Below are positions 10,264 to 18,117 of a DNA stretch of 64,000 nucleotides, piece by piece (the first letter of the stretch is position 1; every line of letters starts with the position of its first letter). A model generated the notes under the pieces. It did no database searches and had not been told where the DNA came from. It worked only from the letters and a program-made list of their open reading frames with translations. The position numbers were made by a program, and so were the translations under genes. The stretch is from positions 28,981 to 92,980 of the forward strand of contig PLYC01000020.1 of assembly GCA_003151625.1 (NCBI GenBank). Reading direction: 5' to 3'. The DNA comes from Candidatus Doudnabacteria bacterium. Its GTDB lineage: Bacteria > Patescibacteriota > Doudnabacteria > UBA920.

Positions 10264-10362
10264 GACGTAGAGCGAGTGAAAGTTATCCGCCTGAGGCGGA
10301 TAACTTTCCGAGCCGAGGAGCTAATACAGGTTCAATACTTCGCAGCTCTGCTTCGAGGAACC
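10264..10362 (+). repeat. intergenic structured repeat element, copy A (conserved 5' box + 13-bp-stem hairpin + conserved ~55-nt 3' box)
   Basis: GACGTAGAGCGAGTG, then perfect hairpin AAAGTTATCCGCC-tga-GGCGGATAACTTT (10279-10307), then CCGAGCCGAGGAGCTAATACAGGTTCAATACTTCGCAGCTCTGCTTCGAGGAACC; near-identical arrangement at 46469-46556 (opposite strand) with a different but equally long hairpin. Confidence 0.6.
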
Positions 10363-10519
10363 TTTATATTTTATTTATATTTTTGTCCAATAATACTAGG
10401 CGAGCAAAAAAGGAAAATTTGTCAAAAAAGTTATCCACAGCCCAGAAAATAGACATTGGTAGTTAAAAGGTTTATAATAAATTAAAGCTTAATAATACTT
10501 ATAACTAATTTATACTACA

Positions 10520-12019
10520 ATGGTCAAAAAAGCAAGAGATTTTTTTTCTAGTGAAACGCGTGTCGCCAGAGTTATTTATGGCGGCTTAATGTTGGTTATT
10601 TTTGGTTTTGTTTTTGGTCCATCGGTGATGGCTCAATTTTATCGCAATACACAGACAACCGGTTATGGCTATGGAACCGGTTATGGTTATGGCTACGGCT
10701 CCGGTCCTGATGGTGGTGCAAATGGATATAGGATTAATGGTAGCGCACCACTTACTGAATACGGCTACGGCTACGGATTTGGAGCGGAACCGGTCGTTGC
10801 GTTTACCAGTACCTATAGCCAGACCGTTACCGTCGGAAGCGTCGCTACCTTTACCGCGCACGCCACGGATACTGATGTCACCACTCCGGGTGTTGCCATT
10901 GCCTATAACTCCAGCGACAAGCCCGCTGGCGCTACCCTCAATTCCTCGACAGGCGCGTTCTCATGGGACACGACCGGAATTACACCTAACCCCTATACTT
11001 TCACGGTGACGGCGGCCGGCAACACCGGCGGCTTGGCTAGCCAGAGTGTCACTATTACCGTCAACGCGGTTTCAAACAGCGGCGGTAATAACGGTAGCAG
11101 CGGCGGCGGTAGCAGCGGCGGCGGCTATGCCATGCCAACGGCCAGTTTTACTACCAATTACAGCCAGATAATTTTGGGACAATCCGCTACTTTGACATGG
11201 ACAACCACTAACGCCACTGCCGTTAGCATCAACCAAGGCATTGGGACTGTCGGTACTTCCGGCACAACAATCGTTACTCCTACCAGCACCACCACTTATA
11301 TTTTAACCGCTACCGGTTCCGGCGGGACCACAACTCAAACGGTAACTGTGACCATAGGTTCAAGTATGGTGGTATCTACTCCTGCAAACCCTTCTTCGGG
11401 GCTCCAATTGCCGGGCGCAGGTGTTGCCGGGGCGCACACTCCGGGATCGGTAATTTTGACCACGGACGGGACAGTTTGGTTCATTACATTGGACAATACC
11501 CGCCGAGCCTTTACTTCGGCCGGAGCGTTTCTGTCATACGGCTACTTGTCATTCAGTCAGGTAGTTGACGCTAACGCGGTGGATTTGACTTTGCCGCAAG
11601 GCACGTTTATTCCTCCTATGGATGGTAAAGTTGTCTGTTCGGACCGCAACGACTCCTATGCCGTAAAAGGCACCTGCTATTTAATAACCAACGGCGAAAA
11701 GGCGGCTTTTACTTCCGCTAAAGTCTTTACCGCTTTGGGTTTTAAGTTCAGCCATACAACCAAAGGCGATGTATCATTCTTGACCCCAGATGCAAATATA
11801 AGCAATGTAGCCTTAGCACACCGCCCGGGCGTATTGGTTAATAACAAAGGCACTGTCCAGCTAGTTGGAATGAACGGCTTAATGGGTATCCCTACCATGA
11901 GTGTGCTTGGTTCTTGGGGCTACACTTTGGCCGACGTTGTCCCGGCCAATGCCGCGGATAAAGCCATAACCCAATCCGGCGTTATGCCTACCCGTATAAC
12001 CGGACAGCTTAGCCCGTAG
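10520..12019 (+). CDS. secreted/anchored surface protein with Gly-Tyr repeats, He_PIG-type putative Ig domain, Ig-like Thr-rich domain and duplicated C-terminal module
   Basis: 499 aa; N-terminal hydrophobic signal/anchor; GYGYGTGYGYGYGSG...EYGYGYGFG low-complexity; ATLNSSTGAFSWDTTGITPNPYTFTVTA (putative Ig domain signature); SSGGGSSGGG linker; internal repeat RRAFTSAGAFLSYGY / KAAFTSAKVFTALGF. Confidence 0.6.
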   Translation: MVKKARDFFSSETRVARVIYGGLMLVIFGFVFGPSVMAQFYRNTQTTGYGYGTGYGYGYGSGPDGGANGYRINGSAPLTEYGYGYGFGAEPVVAFTSTYSQTVTVGSVATFTAHATDTDVTTPGVAIAYNSSDKPAGATLNSSTGAFSWDTTGITPNPYTFTVTAAGNTGGLASQSVTITVNAVSNSGGNNGSSGGGSSGGGYAMPTASFTTNYSQIILGQSATLTWTTTNATAVSINQGIGTVGTSGTTIVTPTSTTTYILTATGSGGTTTQTVTVTIGSSMVVSTPANPSSGLQLPGAGVAGAHTPGSVILTTDGTVWFITLDNTRRAFTSAGAFLSYGYLSFSQVVDANAVDLTLPQGTFIPPMDGKVVCSDRNDSYAVKGTCYLITNGEKAAFTSAKVFTALGFKFSHTTKGDVSFLTPDANISNVALAHRPGVLVNNKGTVQLVGMNGLMGIPTMSVLGSWGYTLADVVPANAADKAITQSGVMPTRITGQLSP

Positions 12020-12044
12020 AAAGTAGAAATTGAGAAATTGGATT

Positions 12045-12084
12045 AACCCCGCCCCGAGCGAAGTCGAGGGGCGGGGTTTTGATA
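12045..12084 (+). terminator. rho-independent terminator of the surface-protein gene
   Basis: AACCCCGCCCC-gagcgaagtcga-GGGGCGGGGTT followed by TTTTGATATT. Confidence 0.6.
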
Positions 12085-12092
12085 TTGTGGCA

Positions 12093-12121
12093 TTGATTTT
12101 TTCTTTAATTTTTGCTATAAT
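12093..12121 (+). promoter_or_regulatory. sigma70-like promoter (TTGATT-17 bp-TATAAT) for the two-gene cassette
   Basis: TTGATT at 12093-12098, 17-nt spacer, TATAAT at 12116-12121, 32 bp upstream of ATG 12154. Confidence 0.4.
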
Positions 12122-12153
12122 TAGAGCAGAATTAAAGAAAATTCCATAGCATT

Positions 12154-12357
12154 ATGCCTCGTAATTGGTCTGCTGACGAAGCAAAAATTAAAGAAAAAGG
12201 ACAACGAACACATACCATTTGGAAATTGGAACAGATGGTGAATTTTGGTTTGGTGAACGGGGAAAAAATCAAAGCGTCTGAACTTAGGAAATATTGGAAG
12301 AATTTAAATTTGGACAAAGAGCGCAAAAAAACGGTGGAATTTTTAATGAACAATTAG
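12154..12357 (+). CDS. small basic protein, candidate cognate antitoxin/partner of the downstream nucleotidyltransferase
   Basis: 67 aa, Lys/Glu-rich (MPRNWSADEAKIKEKGQRTHTIWKLEQ...); stop TAG at 12355-12357 and next ATG at 12359 (1-nt gap) indicating translational coupling. Confidence 0.35.
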   Translation: MPRNWSADEAKIKEKGQRTHTIWKLEQMVNFGLVNGEKIKASELRKYWKNLNLDKERKKTVEFLMNN

Positions 12358-12358
12358 A

Positions 12359-13018
12359 ATGCAAAATAAAATATTAACCGCAGAACAAATTGCAATCCTG
12401 GAATATTTGGGGAAAGACAAATTTTTTGCCAAACAATTTTATTTGACCGGCGGCACCCCATTGGCCGCTTTTTATTTGCGTCATAGGTACAGCGAAGATT
12501 TGGATTTTTTTTCCGAACAGGAAGTAGATCCGGTTTCTGTTAGAGTCTTGCTGAAAGGCTTCAAAGCGGGCGCGGGGATAACGAGAATAGATTTTCAGCA
12601 AAGCATGAACAGGAATTTATTTTTTTTAGAGTTCGGCAAAGATACTCTTAAGACAGAGTTTACTTACTTTCCTTTTCCCAGGATTGAAAAAGGAAGGGTG
12701 AAATACGGCCTAAGCGTGGATAGCGCGATAGACATTGCCGTCAATAAACTTTTTACCATTTATCAGCGCAATAAAGCCAGGGACTACATTGATTTGTATA
12801 TGCTATGTAAAAATTATGAGTTTGGCATAGTGGATTTAATCAAATTGGCCAAATTAAAGTTTGACTGGCATATTGAACCTATACAGTTAGCCACCCAGTT
12901 TTTAAAAGCGGAAACAGCGGCGGAATACCCGAGAATGCTGGTTAAGATGCCGGATGCGGAATGGCAAGATTTTTTTCGTGGAGAAGCAAAAAAAATAAAA
13001 CCGGAAATAATTCAGTAA
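12359..13018 (+). CDS. nucleotidyltransferase of the AbiEii/AbiGii (DUF1814) type IV toxin family
   Basis: 219 aa; FYLTGGTPLAAFYLRHRYSEDLDFFSEQE matches the pol-beta-fold GG[ST]...R.SEDLDF signature of AbiEii toxins. Confidence 0.65.
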   Translation: MQNKILTAEQIAILEYLGKDKFFAKQFYLTGGTPLAAFYLRHRYSEDLDFFSEQEVDPVSVRVLLKGFKAGAGITRIDFQQSMNRNLFFLEFGKDTLKTEFTYFPFPRIEKGRVKYGLSVDSAIDIAVNKLFTIYQRNKARDYIDLYMLCKNYEFGIVDLIKLAKLKFDWHIEPIQLATQFLKAETAAEYPRMLVKMPDAEWQDFFRGEAKKIKPEIIQ

Positions 13019-13023
13019 TTAAC

Positions 13024-13130
13024 GCCAATGCCGCGGATAAAACCATCCAGCAGTCCGGCGTTATGTCTGCCCGCATAACCGGACAGCTTAGCCCGTAGAA
13101 AGTAGAAATTGAGAAATAAGGAAATTGAGA
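13024..13130 (+). pseudogene. diverged duplicate of the last 24 codons + 3'UTR of the surface-protein gene (gene-end remnant flanking the inserted cassette)
   Basis: 13024-13098 encodes ANAADKTIQQSGVMSARITGQLSP* vs gene end ANAADKAITQSGVMPTRITGQLSP* (11945-12019); 3'UTR AGAAAGTAGAAATTGAGAAAT.. also repeated (with a 16-bp internal tandem duplication); roughly 88% nt identity over about 100 bp. Confidence 0.6.
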
Positions 13131-13200
13131 AATTGGATAAACAAGGTAATAATGGACATCGTTGTGCCGCACAGTGATGCCCATTATTCACATAGGATTA

Positions 13201-13229
13201 TTGACACGGTTTTAGTAAGGCGATACAAT
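13201..13229 (+). promoter_or_regulatory. consensus sigma70 promoter TTGACA-17-TACAAT
   Basis: TTGACA 13201-13206, 17-nt spacer, TACAAT 13224-13229, 25 bp upstream of ATG 13254. Confidence 0.45.
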
Positions 13230-13253
13230 AAGTAGGCAATTAAATACAAAATT

Positions 13254-13631
13254 ATGGAATTAACCAGGGAACATTTTGATAAAGCCGTAAAAGATTTGGC
13301 TACTCAAGAGAGTGTGGAAGATTTGGGTAAAACCGTAGCTCAAATTAATTTGACTGTTAATACTCATACTGCCGGCTTTAAACAACTTGACGGGAAAGCT
13401 GATCGCACCGCCGTGTTGGCCGCTAACCTGGTAGAAGAATTCCATGAAGTTCCGGCAACCCTTAAATCAATCGTGCGAACTCTGGATAGCCACACCGCTG
13501 TTTTAGAGCAGCGTCTTTCAAAAAAGAAAGCCAAAGATGAAGAAAAAACTGTATCCGTTGAACGATTTGACCGTTTGGAACATTGGGCAGCCTTAGTCGG
13601 CAAAAAACTTGGCATTAAGCTGGAATTATAA
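13254..13631 (+). CDS. hypothetical protein (predicted helical/coiled-coil), co-transcribed with the O-antigen-ligase-like gene
   Basis: 125 aa; stop TAA 13629-13631 abuts ATG 13632 of next gene; no recognisable motif. Confidence 0.45.
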   Translation: MELTREHFDKAVKDLATQESVEDLGKTVAQINLTVNTHTAGFKQLDGKADRTAVLAANLVEEFHEVPATLKSIVRTLDSHTAVLEQRLSKKKAKDEEKTVSVERFDRLEHWAALVGKKLGIKLEL

Positions 13632-15851
13632 ATGAACAAAAAATTTGTTTCTTTTGTGTTTATCGGTTTGGTGGCTTTGACTTTGCTGACCCCTTTTTGG
13701 GTATTTAAAGATTTGTTGTTTCCATTTGTAACCTCCAAAGCTTTTTATTTGCGCATTTTGGTGGAATTAACCCTGCCGTTTTATTTATTTTTATTTTTGC
13801 GTTATCCCGAATACCGGCCTTCATTTAAAAACCCCTTGACCATTTCCGTATTGGCCTTTTTTTTGTTTAACTTAATTTCCGGCTTGTTTGGGGTTAACCC
13901 GTTGCGAAGTATTTGGGGGAACTTTGAACGTATGGGCGGCGTGTTTTATTTAGGCCATTTAGTATTGCTTTATTTTTATGTGCTTATGATTGGCCAGATG
14001 AATGCCCGTTATTTGCGTTTATTTTTGCAGATTTTAGTCGGCATTGGAGTTACTTTGTCTTTAGACGGAGCAATGGTTCAACTGACGCATAACAATTTTT
14101 TGCTCAACGATCCTTCTTACCCGCGGGTTTCCGGCACCTTTGGCAACCCAATTTTTATTGCCAGCTTTTTGGTTATTCCAATGTTTTTGGCCGCATTTTT
14201 TGCCGTATCGGAAGAGGCGGTTTGGAAAAAAATTATGTATTGGATTTTTGTTTTGCTTCAGGCCTGGGTTATATTTTTAAGCGGAACCCGTGGTAGCATA
14301 GTGGGCTTGGGTATTGGTATATTTGTAGCTGCGGTTTTGTTTGTAATTTTAAACCCGGTGAAAAAAATAAGACTTTGGGGCGGAACCGGAGTGGCTGGAT
14401 TCGGGCTGGTTGTTGTTATGCTGTTTGCTTTCCACTCGCATTTGCCGCAAGGGGGGATGCTCCACCGCGTGTTTAATCTTAAAGACACCAACACCGAAGC
14501 CCGGTTGGTGCAGTGGGGCGTGGCTTTAAAGGGTTATAAAGACCATCCGCTGCTTGGCGTAGGGCCGGAAAACTATTATTTTATTGCTAATAAATATTAC
14601 AATCCCCAAATTTATCAGTATGACCCAAGCTGGTTTGACAAGCCGCACAATTATTTAATAGAAGTTTTGGTGACCAGCGGGATTTTTGGTTTTGCGGCGT
14701 ACGCGGCTATACTGGGACTGTCTTTATGGGCGCTGTGGGCGGCGTTTAGAAAAAATATTTTGTTGTTAAGCGAATTTTGTTTGTTGGTTTGCGGGCTTAT
14801 AGTTTACCAAATCCAGAATATGTTTGTGTTCGATACTGTGGGCGCCAGTATGGCCTTCTTTCTTTACATTGGTTTTATGGGTTATTTATGGCATGAGGCG
14901 TACGCGGGGGATGGGGATGCTAAAAAGAAATCTTCGGGTTTAAATTCCCTGTTTTGCAATGTGGTCTTTGGCGTCTCGGCTGTAGTAATGTTGTACGTAG
15001 TTTATTTGGGTAATATTACCGGAATGCAGGTTGCCAAAGACGTAAATTATGGCTATGCCTACGCCACCGTAGATCCGCAAATTGCCAAGGGTTATTTTAC
15101 GCAGGGACAGAATTCACCGTTTAATTTTGATCCTGTCCAGTTTTCCTCAAAGTACGCGGATTTTGCCGTTACGCTTTCTACAAACCCTCCCACGGGCACC
15201 ACAGGGCAGTTTATTAGCCAAAACCTGCAGGATGCGATTAACGCCCAGCAGGAGGCCATAAACCGCGTGCCTAACGACCCAACGGCCTGGCAGTCGCTGT
15301 CCAATTTATATTTGGCCGCCTCGGTTTATAACAAAACCGCTTTAGACCCCAAAGCGGTACAGGCCGCGCAAACCGCTATGGATTTGGCTCCCAGGCGGCC
15401 GGAGCCGGAAGAAATGATGGCTCGCCTTGATATTTCGCAAAATAATCTTACCGCGGCCGCGAGTCTGTATGAAAAAATTGTTTCCGACATTCCTCAAAAT
15501 AATCAGGCCAAACTTCAGTTGGCTATGATTTATTATTATGCCGGCCAGCAGGACAAAGCCCTGCCGCTGGGATTGGCAGTTTTGGATTCCGGGTACGCGC
15601 CAACTCAAACCAGCCAAATTAACTGGATGGGAATTATATACGACAAGCAAAACAATTTTGCCATGGCCGCGAACATTTACGAACTTGCCGTAAAAATTGA
15701 CTCAACCGACTTGCAGGACCAGTGGGCTCTGGCGCAAGACTACGCTAAAATCGGCAAAAAAGACCAGGCCATAGCCATTGCCCAGTCTTTAATAACCGCC
15801 GACCCAACCGACGCCCAGCATTTTAAGGACTTTATAAATTCGTTAAAGTAA
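13632..15851 (+). CDS. O-antigen ligase (Wzy_C/WaaL-like) domain membrane protein with C-terminal TPR repeats
   Basis: 739 aa; N-terminal ~10 TM helices with the WGVALKGYKDHPLLGVGPENYYF O-antigen-ligase loop motif; C-terminal roughly 250 aa TPR-like (LYLAASVYNKTALDPKAVQAAQTAMDLAP.., YAKIGKKDQAIAIAQSL). Confidence 0.7.
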   Translation: MNKKFVSFVFIGLVALTLLTPFWVFKDLLFPFVTSKAFYLRILVELTLPFYLFLFLRYPEYRPSFKNPLTISVLAFFLFNLISGLFGVNPLRSIWGNFERMGGVFYLGHLVLLYFYVLMIGQMNARYLRLFLQILVGIGVTLSLDGAMVQLTHNNFLLNDPSYPRVSGTFGNPIFIASFLVIPMFLAAFFAVSEEAVWKKIMYWIFVLLQAWVIFLSGTRGSIVGLGIGIFVAAVLFVILNPVKKIRLWGGTGVAGFGLVVVMLFAFHSHLPQGGMLHRVFNLKDTNTEARLVQWGVALKGYKDHPLLGVGPENYYFIANKYYNPQIYQYDPSWFDKPHNYLIEVLVTSGIFGFAAYAAILGLSLWALWAAFRKNILLLSEFCLLVCGLIVYQIQNMFVFDTVGASMAFFLYIGFMGYLWHEAYAGDGDAKKKSSGLNSLFCNVVFGVSAVVMLYVVYLGNITGMQVAKDVNYGYAYATVDPQIAKGYFTQGQNSPFNFDPVQFSSKYADFAVTLSTNPPTGTTGQFISQNLQDAINAQQEAINRVPNDPTAWQSLSNLYLAASVYNKTALDPKAVQAAQTAMDLAPRRPEPEEMMARLDISQNNLTAAASLYEKIVSDIPQNNQAKLQLAMIYYYAGQQDKALPLGLAVLDSGYAPTQTSQINWMGIIYDKQNNFAMAANIYELAVKIDSTDLQDQWALAQDYAKIGKKDQAIAIAQSLITADPTDAQHFKDFINSLK

Positions 15852-15948
15852 TCTCCACAGATACACGGATAGGGACAGATGGCACAGATAAAAAATAGCA
15901 CGATTTTAACCTGCCTCGCCGGCAAGGCGGCCGGCCGTTAAAATCGTG

Positions 15949-17145
15949 CTATTTTAAAATAGGTTCATATTTTTTTATCAAAAGCTTATAAACCTCTTCC
16001 GTTTCCGCGAACATTTTTTCTTCGGTAAAAAGGCTGGCTCTTTCCCGCGCCAATCGGGAAAGGACTGATCTTTTTTCTTGATCATCGGCAATCTTCACAA
16101 TAGCCTCAGTTAAAGCTTGTGGGTTTTCGGGATCGATTAAAATTCCCGCGTTGCCCAAAGCCTCCGGAATTCCACCCACATTAGTGGCAATTATGGGCAG
16201 ACCCGCCTGTATGGCTTCCAGTAGGGCATAGGGGAACCCTTCCTTGCGAGAAGGCATAATAAGGCAGTCAAAGGCTTTTAGATACCTACCCGCTTCCGAA
16301 ATTTTTCCTAACAGGGTTACATTGTTTCCTAATTCATAATTCATAATTCTTAATTCAAGTTCCCTGCGTTCCGGCCCATCGCCAATAATCACAAATTGGC
16401 ATTTGTCGCGCGTTTCTTTTCCTAATACGGCTATGGCTTGCAGTAACACGTCCAGCCCCTTGGTCTTGTAAAAACTGGCCACGGTGCCGAAGGTTAATTT
16501 ACCTTTAAAACCCTCACCCCGGCCCTCTCCCAAAGGGAGAGGGAGGGGAACAGGGGACAAGTTTAACGCGCCTCTGGCTTCGTCAGCCGTAAAAAAATCT
16601 ATTGGGCCAATGCCGTTGTGAACGATTTGAATTTTCTCGGGCGCGATTAAATTATATTCCAGCGCGGAACTTCTGTCGGCGTCGGAAACGGTAATAATAA
16701 AATCGCGGAAACTGGAAGCGGTTTTTTCCAAAGAAAGATACAGTGATTTAATTGACCAGGGAAGAGTTTCGTTGAAGATAAATCCGTGAGCGGTAAACAC
16801 GGTTTTCTTTTTTAGTCCCATAGCGGCAAAGCTTCCCAATATTCCGGCTTTGGAGGAATTTAAATGCACAATATCGGGTTCGTAAGTTTTAATCAGTTCA
16901 CGAATTTCCCAGACCGCCAAAACGTCCTGCCAAGGGTCAATCCTCCGTTTTAAATGTTTTAATTCAAAAGTTTTTAGTCCGGCTCTTTGAGCATCAATAA
17001 AAAGCTTGCCGGCTTCGTTGCTCGCAGAGTCTGAGCCCGCCCTATGACCCGCCGCTATTGCCCCGTTAAAATGTTTGGCCAAAGCTAAAGTATAATTTTG
17101 TGCCCCGCCGCCATCGGCTTGAGTTATGATATATAGAATTTTCAT
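15949..17145 (-). CDS. glycosyltransferase family 4 (GT-B) with low-complexity in-frame insert in the interdomain linker
   Basis: 398 aa; MKILYIITQADGGGAQNY N-terminus, C-terminal EGFPYALLEAIQAGLPIIATNVGG motif; linker contains PLPLPLGEGRGEG encoded by a palindromic DNA insert. Confidence 0.75.
   Translation of the reverse strand: MKILYIITQADGGGAQNYTLALAKHFNGAIAAGHRAGSDSASNEAGKLFIDAQRAGLKTFELKHLKRRIDPWQDVLAVWEIRELIKTYEPDIVHLNSSKAGILGSFAAMGLKKKTVFTAHGFIFNETLPWSIKSLYLSLEKTASSFRDFIITVSDADRSSALEYNLIAPEKIQIVHNGIGPIDFFTADEARGALNLSPVPLPLPLGEGRGEGFKGKLTFGTVASFYKTKGLDVLLQAIAVLGKETRDKCQFVIIGDGPERRELELRIMNYELGNNVTLLGKISEAGRYLKAFDCLIMPSRKEGFPYALLEAIQAGLPIIATNVGGIPEALGNAGILIDPENPQALTEAIVKIADDQEKRSVLSRLARERASLFTEEKMFAETEEVYKLLIKKYEPILK
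16511..16560. repeat. palindromic stem-loop-forming insert inside the GT4 coding sequence (CCCTCTCCC-aaa-GGGAGAGGG core)
   Basis: 16523-16543 is a perfect 9-bp-stem hairpin; flanked by G/C-rich runs; translates in frame to PLPLPLGEGRGEG. Confidence 0.5.
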
Positions 17146-17233
17146 TAATCTAATTGTACCCTATATTTATTTGATTTAAAAGGCCATAAATGGTAAAATT
17201 TAGTAAGTCGTTGATTAATTAATTAAATTTTTT

Positions 17234-17917
17234 ATGAAAATATTTTTAGATTCAGCAAATTTAGAAGCGCTTAAACAATACCTGGTAATTGAGGGGATGA
17301 CCACAAATCCCACCATAATGTTTAAAGCCGGGGTTACGGATTACCAGGGGTTTGCCAAAACCGTGCTTTCAGCCGTTGGTGATATGCCAATTTCCTTTGA
17401 GGTTTTTGCCGACGATTTTCCGGAAATGGAGCGCCAAGCCAGGCTAATAAACAGCTGGGGAGGGAATGTCTACATTAAAATTCCTATTACCAACACCAAA
17501 GGAGAAAGTTCACTGCCCCTGATAAGGACTCTTTTGGATAGCGGATTAAAACTAAATGTAACGGCAATTTTAACCGAACAGCAGGTAGAGTCCCTTCATT
17601 CTATTATGAATTCCAAAGACGATGTCATTGTTTCTATTTTTGCCGGACGAATCGCGGACACTGGACTGGATCCGGAACCTTTAATGAAGCAGTCCGTGGA
17701 AAAGTATAAAGATTTACCAAAGGCCAAAATACTTTGGGCCAGCTGTAGGGAAGTACTTAATATTTACCAGGCCCAAAATTGTGGTTGCCATATTATTACC
17801 GTGCCCGAAGACTACTTAAAGAAATTACAAATGAAAGGCAAAAATTTGGCCGAGCTTTCTTTGGATACCGTTAAAATGTTCTACGCCGATTCGCAAAAGG
17901 CCGGGTTTAAGCTGTAA
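17234..17917 (+). CDS. transaldolase / fructose-6-phosphate aldolase (TalC/FsaA family)
   Basis: 227 aa; MKIFLDSANLEALKQY...GMTTNPTIM signature of the short transaldolase family. Confidence 0.75.
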   Translation: MKIFLDSANLEALKQYLVIEGMTTNPTIMFKAGVTDYQGFAKTVLSAVGDMPISFEVFADDFPEMERQARLINSWGGNVYIKIPITNTKGESSLPLIRTLLDSGLKLNVTAILTEQQVESLHSIMNSKDDVIVSIFAGRIADTGLDPEPLMKQSVEKYKDLPKAKILWASCREVLNIYQAQNCGCHIITVPEDYLKKLQMKGKNLAELSLDTVKMFYADSQKAGFKL

Positions 17918-17964
17918 TAAAGTGAAGAGTTCTTAATTACGATTTTACTTGGGTATAGTTTTGG

Positions 17965-18087
17965 GAATCCTCTCTTGTGTCATGCCGACCGACGACGAGT
18001 GCATCCGAGGAGGAGCGGAGGGACCCCTTATCCTCTAATTATTAAGGGATTCCTCGGCTCGTCTGACTCGCTCGGAATGACACACTG
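17965..18087. repeat. long imperfect palindrome / structured element in intergenic region (MITE-like or structured RNA)
   Basis: Arms GTGTCATGCCGACCGACGACGAGTGCATCCGAGG and CCTCGGCTCGTCTGACTCGCTCGGAATGACACAC are imperfect reverse complements, enclosing a second nested palindrome CCCTTATCCTCTAATTATTAAGGG. Confidence 0.45.
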
Positions 18088-18117
18088 GCTGGAGTCGGTG
18101 CTTTTTAATCTTTTATA

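Noticed and set aside
11085-11130. (GGC/AGC)n tandem DNA repeat as a non-coding microsatellite or mobile element
   Set aside because: It is in frame inside the surface-protein gene and simply encodes the SSGGGSSGGG linker; noted only as a possible slippage site.
12154-13018. Calling the pair a canonical AbiEi/AbiEii system
   Set aside because: The upstream ORF is only 67 aa and lacks the AbiEi wHTH + C-terminal domain architecture; only the toxin-like nucleotidyltransferase is recognisable, so the pairing is reported as candidate rather than canonical.
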